Assembly (NCBI GenBank): GCA_951406725.2 | Contig: OX597815.1 | Coordinates: 212,288,001-212,352,000, forward strand | DNA from: Octopus vulgaris | Taxonomy: Eukaryota | Direction: 5' to 3' | Length of the DNA stretch: 64,000 nucleotides | Shown: positions 13,008 through 26,599 of the stretch, in pieces | Position numbering within the stretch: the first letter of the stretch is position 1 | Layout: every line of letters starts with the position of its first letter | Notes under the pieces: generated by a model | Seen by the model: the letters and a program-made list of their open reading frames with translations, nothing else | Database searches by the model: none | What the model was told of the DNA's origin: nothing | Translations under genes and position numbers: made by a program

Positions 13008-13310
13008 CATCATCATCATCATCGTTTAACGTCTGTTCTCCATGCTAGCATGGGTTGGACGGTTCGACCAGGGATCTGGGAAGCCAGAAGGCTGCACCAG
13101 GCTCCAGTCTTATCTGGCAATGTTTCTACAGCTGGATGCCCTTCCTAACGCCAACCACTCCGTGAGTGTAGTGGGTGCTTTTTACATGCCACCCGCACAG
13201 GTGCCAGGCAAGGCTGGCAACGGCCACGGCCGGATTGGTGCATTTTACGTGCCACCGGCACGGAAGCCAGTCGAGGCGGCACTGGCTTCAGGGTGACACT
13301 GGCTTCGGAT
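13007..13310 (-). mobile_element. Family B 3' end inserted in (TA)n
   Basis: Near-identical to 7468-7760 and flanked by (TA)n on both sides. Confidence 0.85.
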
Positions 13311-13496
13311 ATATATATATAATCAAAAAATAAGGGTGGAAAGTTGGATATTAATTTAATAATACCATCAATTTAACACCAAGTGGCTTTTTTAGTGGCT
13401 AATACCATAGCAGATCTATTTTTAGCGCTAAAGTCGACCATATAGTGGTCACTCTCTTATATATGTATGTATATATATATATATATATATATATCT

Positions 13497-14200
13497 TTTG
13501 CTTTTTACTGGTTTCAGTCATTAGACACAACCTTGAAGGAGTTTTAGTTGAATGTATTAACCCCAGTAATTATTCTTTAAAAGTCTGGTACTTATCATAT
13601 TGGTCTCATTTACCAAACCACTAAGTTACAGGGACATAAACACATCAGCACCAGTTGTCAAGCGGTGGTGAGAGGGCAAACACAGACACAAAGGCACACA
13701 CAGATATATGAATACATATATATGACAAAAACTGTGGTTGATGCCAGTCCCACCTGACTGGTCCCATGCTGGTGGCACATAAAAAGCACCATTCAAATGT
13801 GGATATTGCCAGTACTGCCTGACTGGCTCCTGTGCCAGTGGCATATAAATAGCACCATTCAAGTGTGGTCAATGCCAGTACCTCCTGACTGGCCCTCATG
13901 TCGGTGGCATGTAAAAAGTACCCACTACATTCCCAGAGTGGTTGGCATTAGGAAAGGCATCCAGCGGTAGAAACCTTGCCAGATCAGATTGGAGTCTTCA
14001 TTCAAACCGTCCAACCCATACCAGCATGGAATGCGGATGCTAAACGACAATGATGATGTTGATGACAGGCTTCTTTCAGTTTCCGTCTACCAAATCCACT
14101 CACAAGGTTATAATAGAAGACACTTGCCCAAGGTGCCATGCAGTGGGACTGAACCCTGGATCATGTGGTTGGGAAACAGGCTTCTTATCACACAGCCATG
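13497..14200 (-). mobile_element. SINE family A copy split by a nested family B element (13730-14060, + strand)
   Basis: Family A tail half 13497-13727 and head half 14062-14200 are collinear, with atgaca repeated at both junctions. Confidence 0.75.
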
Positions 14201-14722
14201 TCTATATATATATATATATATATATAGTAATATATATATTCTAAACTGGAAAATTCTTAATTTAATACTCAGAGCTCTTTACATGAAAACAGATTCTATC
14301 TGAAGATCACAACCAGCTAAATATCTATGTATCATACTTAATGCAGATACACTGAGGATAGGCAAGTTCCTGCAGTTTTTATTCAAGATAAAATCTTTTG
14401 TGGACTTGCTGCCTTTAAAATACAATACATAAATTCATATACGAGGTAGACAAAATAAAAATTATCACAGCAGAAGCTAGCAAAAACAGCAGAAGAATTT
14501 CAGCCTTGTTGAGGCTTGAGAACAAAATGTATATTCAAGAAGTATATCTTTTGTCAATGCAAACATCAATAAGAAAACTAATAAGCACAATGCTTCAAAT
14601 GCAAATATCTTGGTGGTATTTGTTCTGTCAGATTTGCATAGGTGCTCCCTTGTTGCTCTCAGCACCAGAAATGCTGTAAATCAACGATTGACTCTTTGAA
14701 TACCAGTGGCTAACAACACTAT

Positions 14723-14839
14723 TACTCTTTTACTTGTTTCAGTCATTTGACTGCGGCCATGCTGGAGCACCGCCTTTAGTCAAGCAAATCGACCCCAGGA
14801 CTTATTCTTTGTAAGCCCAGTACTTATTCTATCAGTTTC
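14723..14839 (-). mobile_element. 3'-terminal ~115 bp of SINE family A (or its partner LINE) fused behind the U6 copy
   Basis: Matches the last ~115 nt of 5704-6092 (gatagaataagtactgggcttacaaagaataag...gactgaaacaagtaaaagag) in the same orientation as U6. Confidence 0.88.
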
Positions 14840-14842
14840 GAT

Positions 14843-14951
14843 AAAAAAAATATGGAACGCTTCACGAATTTGCGTGTCATCTTTGCGCAGGGGCCAGGCT
14901 AATCTTCCCTGTATCATTCCAATTTTAGTATATGTATTGCCGAAGCAATAT
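14843..14951 (-). pseudogene. RNU6: Full-length U6 snRNA retrocopy
   Basis: Minus strand reads atattgcttcggcaatacatatactaaaattggaatgatacagggaagattagcctggcccctgcgcaaagatgacacgcaaattcgtgaagcgttccatatttttttt. This is the U6 sequence with substitutions, including ACAGAGA>ACAGGGA. Confidence 0.93.
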
Positions 14952-15486
14952 TGTTCACAAATTGCAATAAAACATAGCAATAAATAAAGACATAGCTTGG
15001 ATATGAAATAATAATGGAAACTTATTAGAAACTAAAGTTAAATCTGAGGCAAGCACTGGATGCTTGCCTCAAATCCAAAATTTTGTTTCAATTGATTTAT
15101 TAGAACTCTCAGTTGAACCATCCAATAAAATTGTTGTTCTTAATTGTATGATAAAAAAAAATACCTTACAACCATTGGAGTTGAACACACCAAGCATATT
15201 GATTTCAAATTTTGGCACAAGGTTAGGAAATGCGTCAATTACATTGACACCAGTACTCAAATGGTACTTATTTTATCAATTCCAAAAGGATGAAAGGTGA
15301 AGTCAACCTAGGTGGGATTTGAACTCAGAATGTAAAGACACACAAAATACTGCTAAGTAGTTTGCCCAGTGTATTAAGGATTCTGCCAGCTTGCCACCAT
15401 GAACATACCAAGAATATTAGCAACAACAACAACAAAAATGAACACACACAATCACACACACAGAGTGAAAAAAAAATGCCATTTAC

Positions 15487-15595
15487 CTTCTTAAATTTTT
15501 TCCGAGTACTCCCAAATTTGGCTAGAACATTGGATGACTTTTTCTTCTTTTCTTCAGTTTTATCTTTATCCTTTTCATCTTTGAGGCTAGAATAA
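15487..15595 (-). CDS. Coding exon (phase 2 to 0), Lys-rich: YSSLKDEKDKDKTEEKKKKSSNVLAKFGSTRKKFKK
   Basis: Acceptor ttcttgtag (alternative ttattctag gives a start at 15586), donor AAG|gtaaat. Joins exon 17983-18117 in frame. Confidence 0.78.
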
Positions 15596-16906
15596 CTACA
15601 AGAATACAAAAATAATAAGATGGATTCCGAATGAGCTTCCTAGTATCTTTGGTTTTTAGCTGTAAAGAAAATAATGGGACAGCTCAAGAAAGCTGAAGCT
15701 AGGGGGTGTTGGGGCTGGGGATGAAGGAGAAATGGAGGGGGAGTCAAATTAGTCACATCCTCCACACATTAGCTCGATTTTCAGTGAAGTGTAGCAAATT
15801 AGATCAAACGAGATTAGCTGGAAGATCATGAACAAGGAATTATTTTTAAATATTTTTCCAATATTATTCTAAAATATAACAATAAGAAAGACTTATAGAA
15901 ACTATGTCGGAGCAATGGATACCAAATTTGAAGCTTAATTGACAAATGATGGAAATAATATTTTAATCCAAGCTAGCAGAGATATATTATATTTCATTTC
16001 CATTATGAAATCATCAAAAATGACAAATTTGTTATGTTCATTTTTTTTTTTTTTTGCAATATAATTGCTTTTAGTAAAAGAAAAAAAAATGGCAAATAAG
16101 AGGAATATTTTTTTTTACCAAATTTGAATAAATGTGCTTACAAGCAGCACATGTTTGGCTGTGTGGTTAGTGAAACCAGATTAAGATCTTCTGAATATGT
16201 TTTCTTACATTAATCACTTCCCAACATAAAGATATGTAATCTACATATAGTTCCTAATAGGAAACATTATCAAGTTGGTTCCTTATTTCGGTTTGCGCAA
16301 GACAAGTCCCAACCTAATCGAATTTGGCATTTTTGAAAAAGCACATAAATAGAGTCAGGACATTCTACCATCTTAAGTGTTTCAGAAAATGTGTATTAGA
16401 ACATATTGGTATAATAAACCAGGTGTTTATCGGTTGTTGGTATTTTACTGTATACTATTACTGATATTTAAACAATATTTCAAACTCCAAGGAAGATGGG
16501 ACCACACATTCTGTTTGGAAGACATTCAGGCTCCTAAGAGGGTTTGTAATTCATAAGACCACCATTTATTTATATACTTATTTGAGAACTTTACAGATAA
16601 TCCTATTTAATCCTTTTAATATAAACTTATCCAAGACTATGATACAAACTTCCTGTTTTAAAGAAATCTAAATTAAAACCTTTCAAAATTTCATATGAAC
16701 TTAAGTTCCAGGCATCAGATGAATAATTCTTTCTTATTTGGCACAAGGCTAGTAATGTTCAAATTGTACTTATTTTACTGACCCCAAAACAAGGTCAACC
16801 TTGGTAACATTTGAGCTCAGAAAGTATAACAAGAGGAAATGCTGCTGAGCATTTTGCCCAGCATGCTAAGGATTCTGCCAGCTTGCCACCCTAGATACTA
16901 GATTAA

Positions 16907-17121
16907 CCCTTTCGTTACCAACCCGGCTGAAACTGGCTTTGGCTCTGAGTACAAATGTCTTGCTTTCATAAGTTCTGAATTAAAATCTTCCACCAAACCT
17001 CAGTCAAAATTTATGTTCCTAACACTAACTGAATGATAGCCAAGTTATTTTCTAAATTCTTTGTTATATTTAAAGTAATTGAAACACAGAGCATCTCAAC
17101 AGAAATACAGTAACGAAAGGG
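16907..17121 (-). mobile_element. piggyBac-type MITE
   Basis: TTAA|ccctttcgttac ... gtaacgaaaggg|TAAA. Inverted relative to 34877-35097. Confidence 0.8.
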
Positions 17122-17499
17122 TAAATAACGACAAAGTTATTTTACTAAATGTTTTCATTATTTTCGATATTCTTTTCTACTCTAGGCACAAGGTCTGAAA
17201 GTTTTGGGGAGAGGGCCAGTCGATTAGATCAACCTCAGTATGTAACTGGTACTTAATTTAACCCCGAAAGGATGAAAGGCAAAGTCAACCTCAGCAGAAT
17301 TTGAACTCAGAACATAAAGACAGAGAGAACACTGCTAAGCATTTCGCCCAGATTGCTTCCATGTCTGCCAGCTCGCTGCCTTTGAAGGAAGGCAATGCAC
17401 TTCAACAGAAACATAGTAACGAAAGTGCATTGTATCTCATAACTCATGCAGTCAAACTTCACACTAAACTGTGCCCTTCATCAAACTGTATTGGTCTAT

Positions 17500-17875
17500 T
17501 CTTGAGACTAGTTAATAAGGTGACAGGGCTAATGGAATATGGAACAGAGAAGTTAATGAGGAAATAAAATATACATGGAAAACTGGTGAAAGTGACACTC
17601 TTCAGTTGGTGTTTATACCAGAACTTAGGAACACATGTTGTATTTCTGAAGAACCAACTTCAAGAGAAGTTCTTAACAAAGGACGACTTTACTTTGCACT
17701 AGCTAACATGGAGAAAGCTTTTCTAGAGTACCACAAATGGTAATCTGAAGAAAGTTGAAAAAAACTAAGTATAGACAATTGGCTTGTGCAAGCTTGTTCA
17801 AACCTTGTGCAACATTGCTGTAAGTAAGGATAGGATTAGCAGAAACTATACGATAAAACTGAGTTCCATGTAAAC
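17500..17875 (+). mobile_element. Decayed RTE-clade LINE reverse transcriptase fragment
   Basis: With frameshifts it reads QLQEKFLTK..LYFALANMEKAF..RVPQMVI..KLSIDNWLVQ, paralleling 57200-58265. Confidence 0.65.
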
Positions 17876-17982
17876 AAAAAGTTGCTATGAAATCTTTGCA
17901 TCTTAACCAGCTTTAGATATCTTTTTGCATTAAAACGTACAAAATTCCTAAATTTCATTATTTCATTAACGTTATTATTTAC

Positions 17983-18117
17983 CTGCTAGGAATTAACATA
18001 GGGTGGAAATTCTTCCCAAAATCCTTTTTATCACTGTTTTTACGAGGCTCTGCTGCTTCCTTATTGATTTCTGCAACCTCATCTATTTCTTCAAACTCCT
18101 GTTGCCGTCGAAATTTT
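17983..18117 (-). CDS. Coding exon (135 nt, phase 2 to 2): KFRRQQEFEEIDEVAEINKEAAEPRKNSDKKDFGKNFHPMLIPS
   Basis: Acceptor aattttccag, donor CAG|gtaaat, open frame, phase matches the next exon. It is absent from the ORF track in this frame. Confidence 0.78.
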
Positions 18118-20849
18118 CTGGAAAATTTTTAAGAATATTTCTTTTATATTCTTACACACATGTGGTATAGATGTGCATGTGTAAATTATACACATACATG
18201 TGCATATACAGGCTAACACACACATACATATAGTATCAAACAGTATTGTGAAATGTAGCAAACAAATAAAAGACATTTATGAAATGTGGGTACCAAGATA
18301 TAAAATTACAAAAGCTGCAGCAAAACCAGTGACTACATTAATAATTGATAGGAAAGAAACTTTAAATCTATTCTAGAACAAAATTCAATCCTGCAAGAAA
18401 TGAAATGTTACAGGACTGTTCTTCAAAAACCCTAGAATGGAGAAAAGGAAAATCATAGAAGAAAAAATTAATTATTAGCATTTTTCTATTTTGTTGAATG
18501 TTTGGTTGGTAAAATACCAACAAGACTACTTCTAGTGAGTATCCCAACATGCTAGAAATAGCAGTCGAATGTTTCTAAATCACAGTGTATTATCTTACAA
18601 AATAGCACGTATATTTGCTGGTCTTCAATATTTAAAAAGGCAGGATGTTCACAATTGGAATGCTGTTGATCATAGGCCTAAACTACTAATACTGAACCTT
18701 GTACCGTTTGAGTATCCAATTAACACAGAAATATGTCCACAAACTTCTATATCTCTTTGTAGACTTGAAAAATATAAAAATAGTTTTTAAACTGACACAA
18801 TATAACAAGAAACTATGTCGACATTATTCTAAAATTGAAGAACCCTATATTTCCCAAAGCAAATGTTCCATAGGTAAAGATAATGTAGCAATTAAAGATG
18901 AACTAATCAGGACACCACCACATAATCACTTGGTTGCTTGGAAATAACAGCATCTTAAATAAGGAAATAATGCCTCAGATAATATAATCCTCTTTAGTCG
19001 TAAAAGAGAATCTGGATTGCCTTTGATCACAGATCTGTTTCCTCTGAGAAGACTTTGGCCTAAAGAAAATCTACCAATTATGGATGTTGTAAAGTTTGTT
19101 GTGTTTTTTCCCCACTAAAATATATATAATGTTAATTATAAAATTTTTAAAGTATATTAATTGATAAAATTATTCACAAAGTTATTATTTCAAGCTGGTG
19201 TTTCCTCTTAATGTTGAGTATTCACTCTTGGAAAAAGATCTTTGCTGTAAAGAAATAAACCTAATGAATGCCAGTTTTAAACCTGCAGTACTTAAACCAT
19301 ACATTTTAATAAATGTAATAACACTTATAATTGCATGAAACACACTTGATAATGCAACAGAAGTAAGTCTATTTGAAACCAAACTAGAAGTCTCCCAGAT
19401 ACCAGCTTGACACTGAACTTTTAATATCATGACAGTCACAAATCTGTATTTTTAAATAATTACAAAAAATAATTGCTTTCTTCCTCAATGCAAGAAAAAA
19501 GTATGTCTGTGAGAAAGTTCTTTGACAGGAATAAATTTAGATTCACATATACAAAGGTTTGAATTTTGATAGACTTGATTCTATTACTGCAAAGAACTAC
19601 CTGCATAGTATTTTCCAATTACCAAAATTACTACCAAAATGTGTGTGAGTGTGTTTAAGAGATAAAAGAAAGAAGGAGAGACAGAATGTGTTTCCCTTTG
19701 TGGGAAGTATTGGAGAATACATTATAGGTACATTTCTGTTTATCCTTACCATTCTTGAAAAGGATTACGTTACCCAAAATATCAGGACTAATTAGATATT
19801 TTATATGGTATAATTCTATAGTACTTGTAAATGTCACTATTTATACTTAATTAATGCTTAATCTGCATTCCTATAGCCTTCTATGACACACTGATTTTAT
19901 ATATATGGCTTTCATTAAAACCAGAGATGAAAGGAATTTTTATTTCTTGTAACATGTTTCTAAACAACAAAAAATGAGGAATTTTAGCTGAATTAATTAA
20001 GAAAAAAATAAATAAACAAAACAGAAAAAAGTAAATAAATTTCAAGACATCAATGAACTATTCAAAATGACATTTACAGATAATGATTTGTTTTCTGTTT
20101 TTAAATAATTTACAAACATCAGAGAATAATTAAGAAGGCACAACAGATATAAATAATAAAGTGTGATAAAAATTCAGAGTTGTGGGACTTTATGCAGATC
20201 AGAATAGAGACAGAAAGTAAAACACTAACAACAGATCAGATATACAAAAAAGTGGACAGGAGAATTTAGGAGGGAGGGGGGAGGCGGACGGATTTTGTCA
20301 ATCATTAAATGCTAGAAACTGTACACATTTTTTTTTTTTAATTTCTTTACAGAATAGAATGGAATGAAAAACTGGCAGGCAATGAATAACAACAGCAAAC
20401 AGATTAAAGCATTGTGTAACAAAAAAAGAATAGTTAGTAAAAGAAACAAAAAAAAGGAGATGTTAATACTAGTAATTCTTTTTCAGAACATAGCAAAGTA
20501 AATAGGGCTACAAACAGTAACATGTAAATATTGGATAGAAAAAGTTGAAGGCTGCCCACGCCCAATATTCACATGCTATTATTTATAGCCTTATGTGCTT
20601 TCAGATCCACCGTTTCAAAAAAGAATTATTTCATGTTTCCTTGAAAGTTTATAAAATCTTGTGGCATCATCAACATAAATGCTAGTGATTGAAGAATTTG
20701 AAATTAAATGATAAATGCAGTGTTGACAAATTGCCATTATTAGTGCTATCAGGATTTTTATTAGGAAAATGTATGAATTTGGTATAATAAGAGTTCTTGC
20801 TTTATAGTCTGGAGAAAGGGGTTGTGTCTATGGGATTTGCAAACCCTCT

Positions 20850-21820
20850 GATATTAGTGTTGATGCCATTAACATTCCAGTAAAGTTGTTCACGATGAAA
20901 GTTGCAGGAAAAACAAGTGCAGGCAAGGAATTCCTTGGAAAGAAGAACTGGGTATAGTTGTTAGGGGACTGAGGAGGGGCTGACAGTAATACGGGTAACA
21001 AGAAGAAGAGAGCCTCAGTGGAAACGGACTAGAAGTTATAGTAATAGCAATAGAACAGGCAGAGAAAGACAAGACATCCAAGTAGCAGAGGTTGAAGTGG
21101 GTTTCGAAATGATTTTAAGTTAATCAGTTGAGTGGCCATTCTTGGGATGGATTTTGCAGAATGTTAGTACTGTATATTCTGGTATACAAGTGAAATTTCC
21201 CATCCAAAATTTCACAACCAAAAGTGGTAGGTGGAATTCTACATCAAGAGAACTTTGGAGGACCAAACATTCCATGCGAAATACAACAGAATATGGAAAG
21301 ATAGTGACACTGTTTGGACGTTTACACTACATGTTTACACTATATACAATGTCAACTTGTATACCTGGAAAGCTCAGTAGTTGTTAGGAATTGAAGTAGT
21401 TTCTGACTTTGAAGGAGAAAACCAGTCATTGAGATGTAATCTTTGCTATGTTGAAGACGAGCTTTCATCAGGAGAAATCCTGAATAGTGGTGAGACTTAG
21501 AAATTTGATGTGATTAAGAGGGTTTTGGTTGTGTGTGTCCATGTCTTAAGGGAGATGGTGACGGAGTGGTACTATACTCTCGGAGTGGTTGGTGTTAGGA
21601 AGGGCATCCAGCTGTAGAAACTCTGCCAGATCAGATTGGAGCCTGGTGCAACCATCTGGTTCGCCAGACCTCAGTCAAATCGTCCAACCCATGCTAGCAT
21701 GGAAAGTGGACATTAAACACTGATGATGATGATGATGATGATGTTTTCTTTATGAATGTTCTTTTGCACTTTCGAATAAAGCAAGATTGGCATAAGCTGA
21801 TGCAAGACATTTGCTCCCTG

Positions 21821-21864
<44 letters not shown>

Positions 21865-22600
21865 CATAGAGCTTTTGTAAATTTGGTGTGTTGCCTAATG
21901 TTGTATGTAGATGTTACTTAAGAAGATTACAGAGAAACGACGGAGGTGGTAATGTTAGTGGTGGCATTAAATAGGTCACTGATGCAGCAAAGAGTGAGTG
22001 TGTTGAGGATGGAACTGAATCTGGTGACACACCAGTTTGCAGGGTGTGGGTCAAACGGAGCTCCACTGGCACACTGTAAGAGTGTCATCATCTGACATGA
22101 GGCCATCATCAATTTAAGAGATGCAAGATGATTGAAACTGATTAGCAGGTGTTTTGAAAGGATGTCTGCATTCCAGCCATGGCCAAAAGTATTGTTGATA
22201 TCAAGAAGACCACTATTTTCACTAGATTACTAAAGTACAGAAGCTGTTTGGTGAGTAACAGAGCAGAGCAGGTCACTAGAAGATCTGGTTTTGCAAAACC
22301 ATCCTGGTGATCATAAACGAGAGAGAGAGAGAGATTCAAGATGATGGAGAAGGATGTGATTGGCTAAGAGAAGGAGAGTAGTCTTCAGGATCCTAAGAGT
22401 TTTGCTTCTTGGAGATGAGATACATTGTAGTACATCTCCAAAGATATTCTCTAGTGAGAGAGAAAGAAGATGTTGGTAAGAATAGGGGCTAGTGTTGGCC
22501 TAGGTAAGTAGAGATGAAAGGCACAGAGACAGTTATGGTATAATAGAGGTCAAATTTGGAGGTTGAAAAGAAAGTGATCAATGACATTAGCAGTGTCTGT
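20850..22600 (-). mobile_element. Highly decayed CR1/L2/Jockey-group LINE (RT domain to C-terminus) interrupted by family B and (TG)n
   Basis: Minus-strand remnants DHQDGFAK (QYGFR), LDINNTFGHGW (LDISKAFDRVW), ISDLFNATTN (INDL) and NSLPALVFPA (WNSLP). Confidence 0.6.
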
Positions 22601-23879
22601 GTGTTAGTCAGGAATGAAACTAGTAAATGTTTTATTGCATAACATAATTGTAAATACACTCTGCTCAAAAGAAAAAATTTTTAAAACATGGTAGCTGGCC
22701 ACAACAGCTTTGATCCTAAGTTTACTGGATTACAGATAATATGTTACTTGGACAAATGAAAGAAATGCTTCATTACTTATAGTCAACACAACAAAATATA
22801 ATAATGAGGTAAAGTGAAAAAATAATTTCCAGAAATAATTTTAAATAGATTTGTTAAATAAAATCATTTAAGTGCATTGCATGTAAATGGATCTCTGGAT
22901 TGTCAACCAAGAGAGTTCAGTTGTTTGATCAAATGGATTACCAGCTTATTAATTAGCATGGAAGTGGTTGTACCCATAACTGAATTCTCCTGCAGAATCA
23001 GTATAACACAGGGTATGATGAGGTTGTACTTTGGAATCCATTTGATAAGTTTCTGTATAGTTTCCATGAACCTAATTTCCTTTAAAAAGCTTAGACTGAT
23101 CTGAGACTGTGGTGAGAAGAAAAAAACACTCCCTGAGACACCACACAGTGGGATTGACTCCCAAGGCCTCATAATTGTGAGATAAACCTCTTAACCATGC
23201 TGCATTCATACAATGCACCATATTTTCTGGCACATGTGACACACTTTTGGCAGCCAAAAGAGGCATTATTGACTTATGCTCCATGATGACTTTGAAGGAC
23301 CAAACACTCCATGTGGAATGCAGCCCAATTTGGAAAGATAGTGAAGCAGTTTGAATGCTTACAAGTTTACACTATAAACTATGTTGACTTATATGCCGGA
23401 AAACATGCCAAGTACTTTAAAAGCCCCCCATCTGTTTTATAGTAATTTAGCTATCTCCTATAAACAAAAGGGTTAACAACAAACAAGATGAGGACAAATA
23501 TCCGTCAAATGTAAATAATGTAAATAATTCATATGTATATTTATTATTTCTCACTCACTGCAGCCCCCAAAGGATTTCAGAAATTATTTCAGTATTTTAC
23601 ATTTAAGGGAACCTTCAATACTGTATTCTAGTCCTCTTGCCAAAGGATCTAAGGGATTCCCTTATTTATAACTTTCAACAACAAAGTTAGAGACGTTAAT
23701 ACTTTTAAATTGAAAGCCAGCCACAAGTGTGAGGAATATTTGTGCCGTTAATGTCATTGCTATAATAATTTATCTTCTTGTGGATTTTGATATTGCTCTC
23801 CAAGCTGTTACCATCTACATACAAAGAATCAGGTCTGTATTTTAAGAAAGCAATAATAATAATAATGATGATGATGATG

Positions 23880-24347
23880 ATGTCTGTGTATTGATTGGTA
23901 TGAATATCCCCTGTGATCATAATATTGCAGTAAAAGAATTTGACAAGTTGAGGAAAATATAAAGATTTGCTCATTGAAATTAAATTTTTTTTAAAAATGT
24001 GACATCTCAAGTCTGTTACAATACCAGTGATTGTAGGAGCACTAAGAATAATCAAAAAAGGAACTAAAAGTTATTTGAGAATGATCCCTGACTTACCATT
24101 CCTGTAAGAGATGCAAAAAAATTGTTTTAACTGGTACATCACACATACTGAAAAGAGCATTGTTGCTGTGAGAAAAATAACCTTTTTTATCTTTTTCTTT
24201 ACACTTTGTTTGAGTTTGTAAATGAAGAATTTCATGTGTTTATTTTAATATCCTATCAAAGTATCTCATGATTTTCTTTCTCTTGGGTATCGGGAAGACA
24301 CACAGCAAGAAATGGAAACATAATTGGAGGAAGAAGAAAAATCTCTT
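23880..24347 (+). mobile_element. 3' end of R4/Dong-clade non-LTR retrotransposon (restriction-like endonuclease C-terminus plus 3' UTR)
   Basis: VCVLIGMNIPCDHNIAVKEFDKLRK/YKDLLIEI/KM*HLKSVTIPVIVGALRIIKKG...EMQK/IVLTGTSHILKRAL. (TAA)n lies on both flanks. Confidence 0.78.
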
Positions 24348-24871
24348 AATAATAATAATATAATATTTTCACTCAAAAACAGATTTACAATACAGCATCA
24401 AAATTTTCTCTAGAAAAATGATCGAGATTAATATTTCACTTTCAGTAAGATATTAGTACTCTAAAACTACATAATTTCACTGCAAAGGTAAGCGCAGAAG
24501 AAAATGGACAAAGGAAAAAAACTAGGTTAATAAAAAATAATTCTAGTAAGCAGAAAATATATGAGTTCTATATTAATGCTTTTACTACGTATAAAGGTAA
24601 AATATATGACAAAGTTCCATATGGAATTTTAAGGCTGAAAGCATTAGTAACTATTAGAAATCAGATTTTAATAGCACATCACATGTTTTTGGTTTCAAAT
24701 TTATGTAATTTTAACACTTGATAAGAACAAAAACTAAATTAAGGAAACAGAGGAAGTAAGAAAGAGATACAGAAAAAATACAGTCGACCACTAACAAATT
24801 TCCATCATGAAAACAACAAATTTCCATCATGAAAACCAGTCTTTTTGGATGCACATATTTGTACATATTTA

Positions 24872-24907
<36 letters not shown>

Positions 24908-25769
24908 TGTATATATGTCTGTTTATATGATGAGTTATGATAAAAACAATTTAACATTAAACTGAAAAATTACTCAATACCCTTTGTAGAGTAAGTATTT
25001 AGAAGACTTTTATAAGAAGAGGGATGACAAGAAGAGTGATTTCAAAGTTTCAGCCTGCAAGCCTTTGTCCGTCTATCTAGCAAGTCAAACTTCAAAGTCA
25101 CCATCAACCTTCTTCGTGTGAAAATATAATTGCATGTGTGTATACATATATACAGAGACACACACACATATATATATATATATATTTCACTTAGGCATTG
25201 CTAAACCCCGTGTTAGCACTCAATACACACAAGCTTCAGAATGAAGCATCAGTTGCATACAGAGCAGTAATAAGAAATTGTGATGACCAAGGAGTAAAAA
25301 AGTATGTTATGAACTTCATTAGCTTCTAGCTAATGTCCAAACATGTTTGGAGCTCCACTGTATTCATAGAGTGACACTCAAGCACTCAACTAGGAGTGCA
25401 TTGCGATTCATAGCAGAAACAGCTGTAAGCTAATGAAGTTCATAATATAATTGTTCATTCCTTAGTCATCCCAATTTTAAATATATATACATATATATAT
25501 ATATATAGTGTAGTTTTGAAGTTTTCACAGAAGACTGTAATGATATTCAAAACTATTGTGGAAAGTCAAGACAAAGAAACACAAATAGGTATTTGTGTTC
25601 ACATACATGTGTACGTACGTACATGTGTAAACACACACACACACAAACACAATATGAGCTTCTTTTAGTTTCCATTTGCAAGGTCTTTAGTAGGTGCCAC
25701 GCAGTGGATCTGAACCCAAAATCATGATTACACCTATTCTTAATGAAACAGCCATGTCTGCATACACAC

Positions 25770-26342
25770 GCAGAAGTGTGCTGTGCGCGAGAAGACCCGG
25801 CAGGACAAGTGAGACCATAACCCGTGGCCTTCTACATGGGATGGAGCCAGCCTACGTATGCATACCTTCCCTTCTTGGGACACAAAATTCTACTTGTGAA
25901 GACCTGTTGAGGCAAGTGAGGATCAGAATCGAAATCGATCAATGGAAATTGCAGATGTGTTACCAGTGCCAGTGGCATGTAAGAGAACCATTCGTTCGTG
26001 ACCGTTGCCAGCGCCGCCCCGACTGGCCTCGTGCCGGTGGCACGTAAAAAGCACCATCTGTTCGTGTCCGTTGCCAGCCTCGCCTGGCCCCCGTGCCGGT
26101 GGCACATAAAAAGCACCATCCGTTTGTGGCCGTTTGCCATACTCATCTGGCACCTGTGCGGGTGGCACATAAAAAGCACCCACTACACTCACGGAGTGGT
26201 TGGCATTAGGAAGGGCATCCAGCCGTAGAAACACTGCCAGATCTGACTAGGCCTGATGAAGCCTTCTGGCTTCACAGACCCCAGTTGAACCGTCCAACCC
26301 ATGCTAGCATGGAAAACGGACGCTAAACGATGATGATGATGA

Positions 26343-26346
<4 letters not shown>
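25770..26346 (+). mobile_element. Long family B copy with (GAT)n tail
   Basis: Homologous to 7468-7900 inverted. Internal ggtggcac-taaaaagcacc subrepeats; ends gacgctaaac(gat)n. Confidence 0.85.
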
Positions 26347-26387
<41 letters not shown>

Positions 26388-26599
26388 TATATATATATAT
26401 ACATACATACATACATAGGGGTTTGGTAATGCACACAGGGAAATAGAACTCAAAACATGAGTTTACATACTTTCTTAATAAATGGCAGAAATTGCAAAGT
26501 GATTAAAGGTCCAAGAGTTTCATGTATTGACCAGTGCCAATGCACGAGACTCTTGACCATCAAGTTACTCTGCAATTTCTGCCAATTAACAATAATAAT

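Noticed and set aside
14843-14951. Functional U6 gene
   Set aside because: ACAGAGA box mutated, further substitutions, altered first base, no evident TATA upstream, and fused to a retroposon tail.
23705-23834. Possible exon RPDSLYVDG...
   Set aside because: Poor pyrimidine tract, and its phase does not solve the missing phase 1-to-2 link; the upstream part of the ORF is antisense to the R4/Dong fragment.
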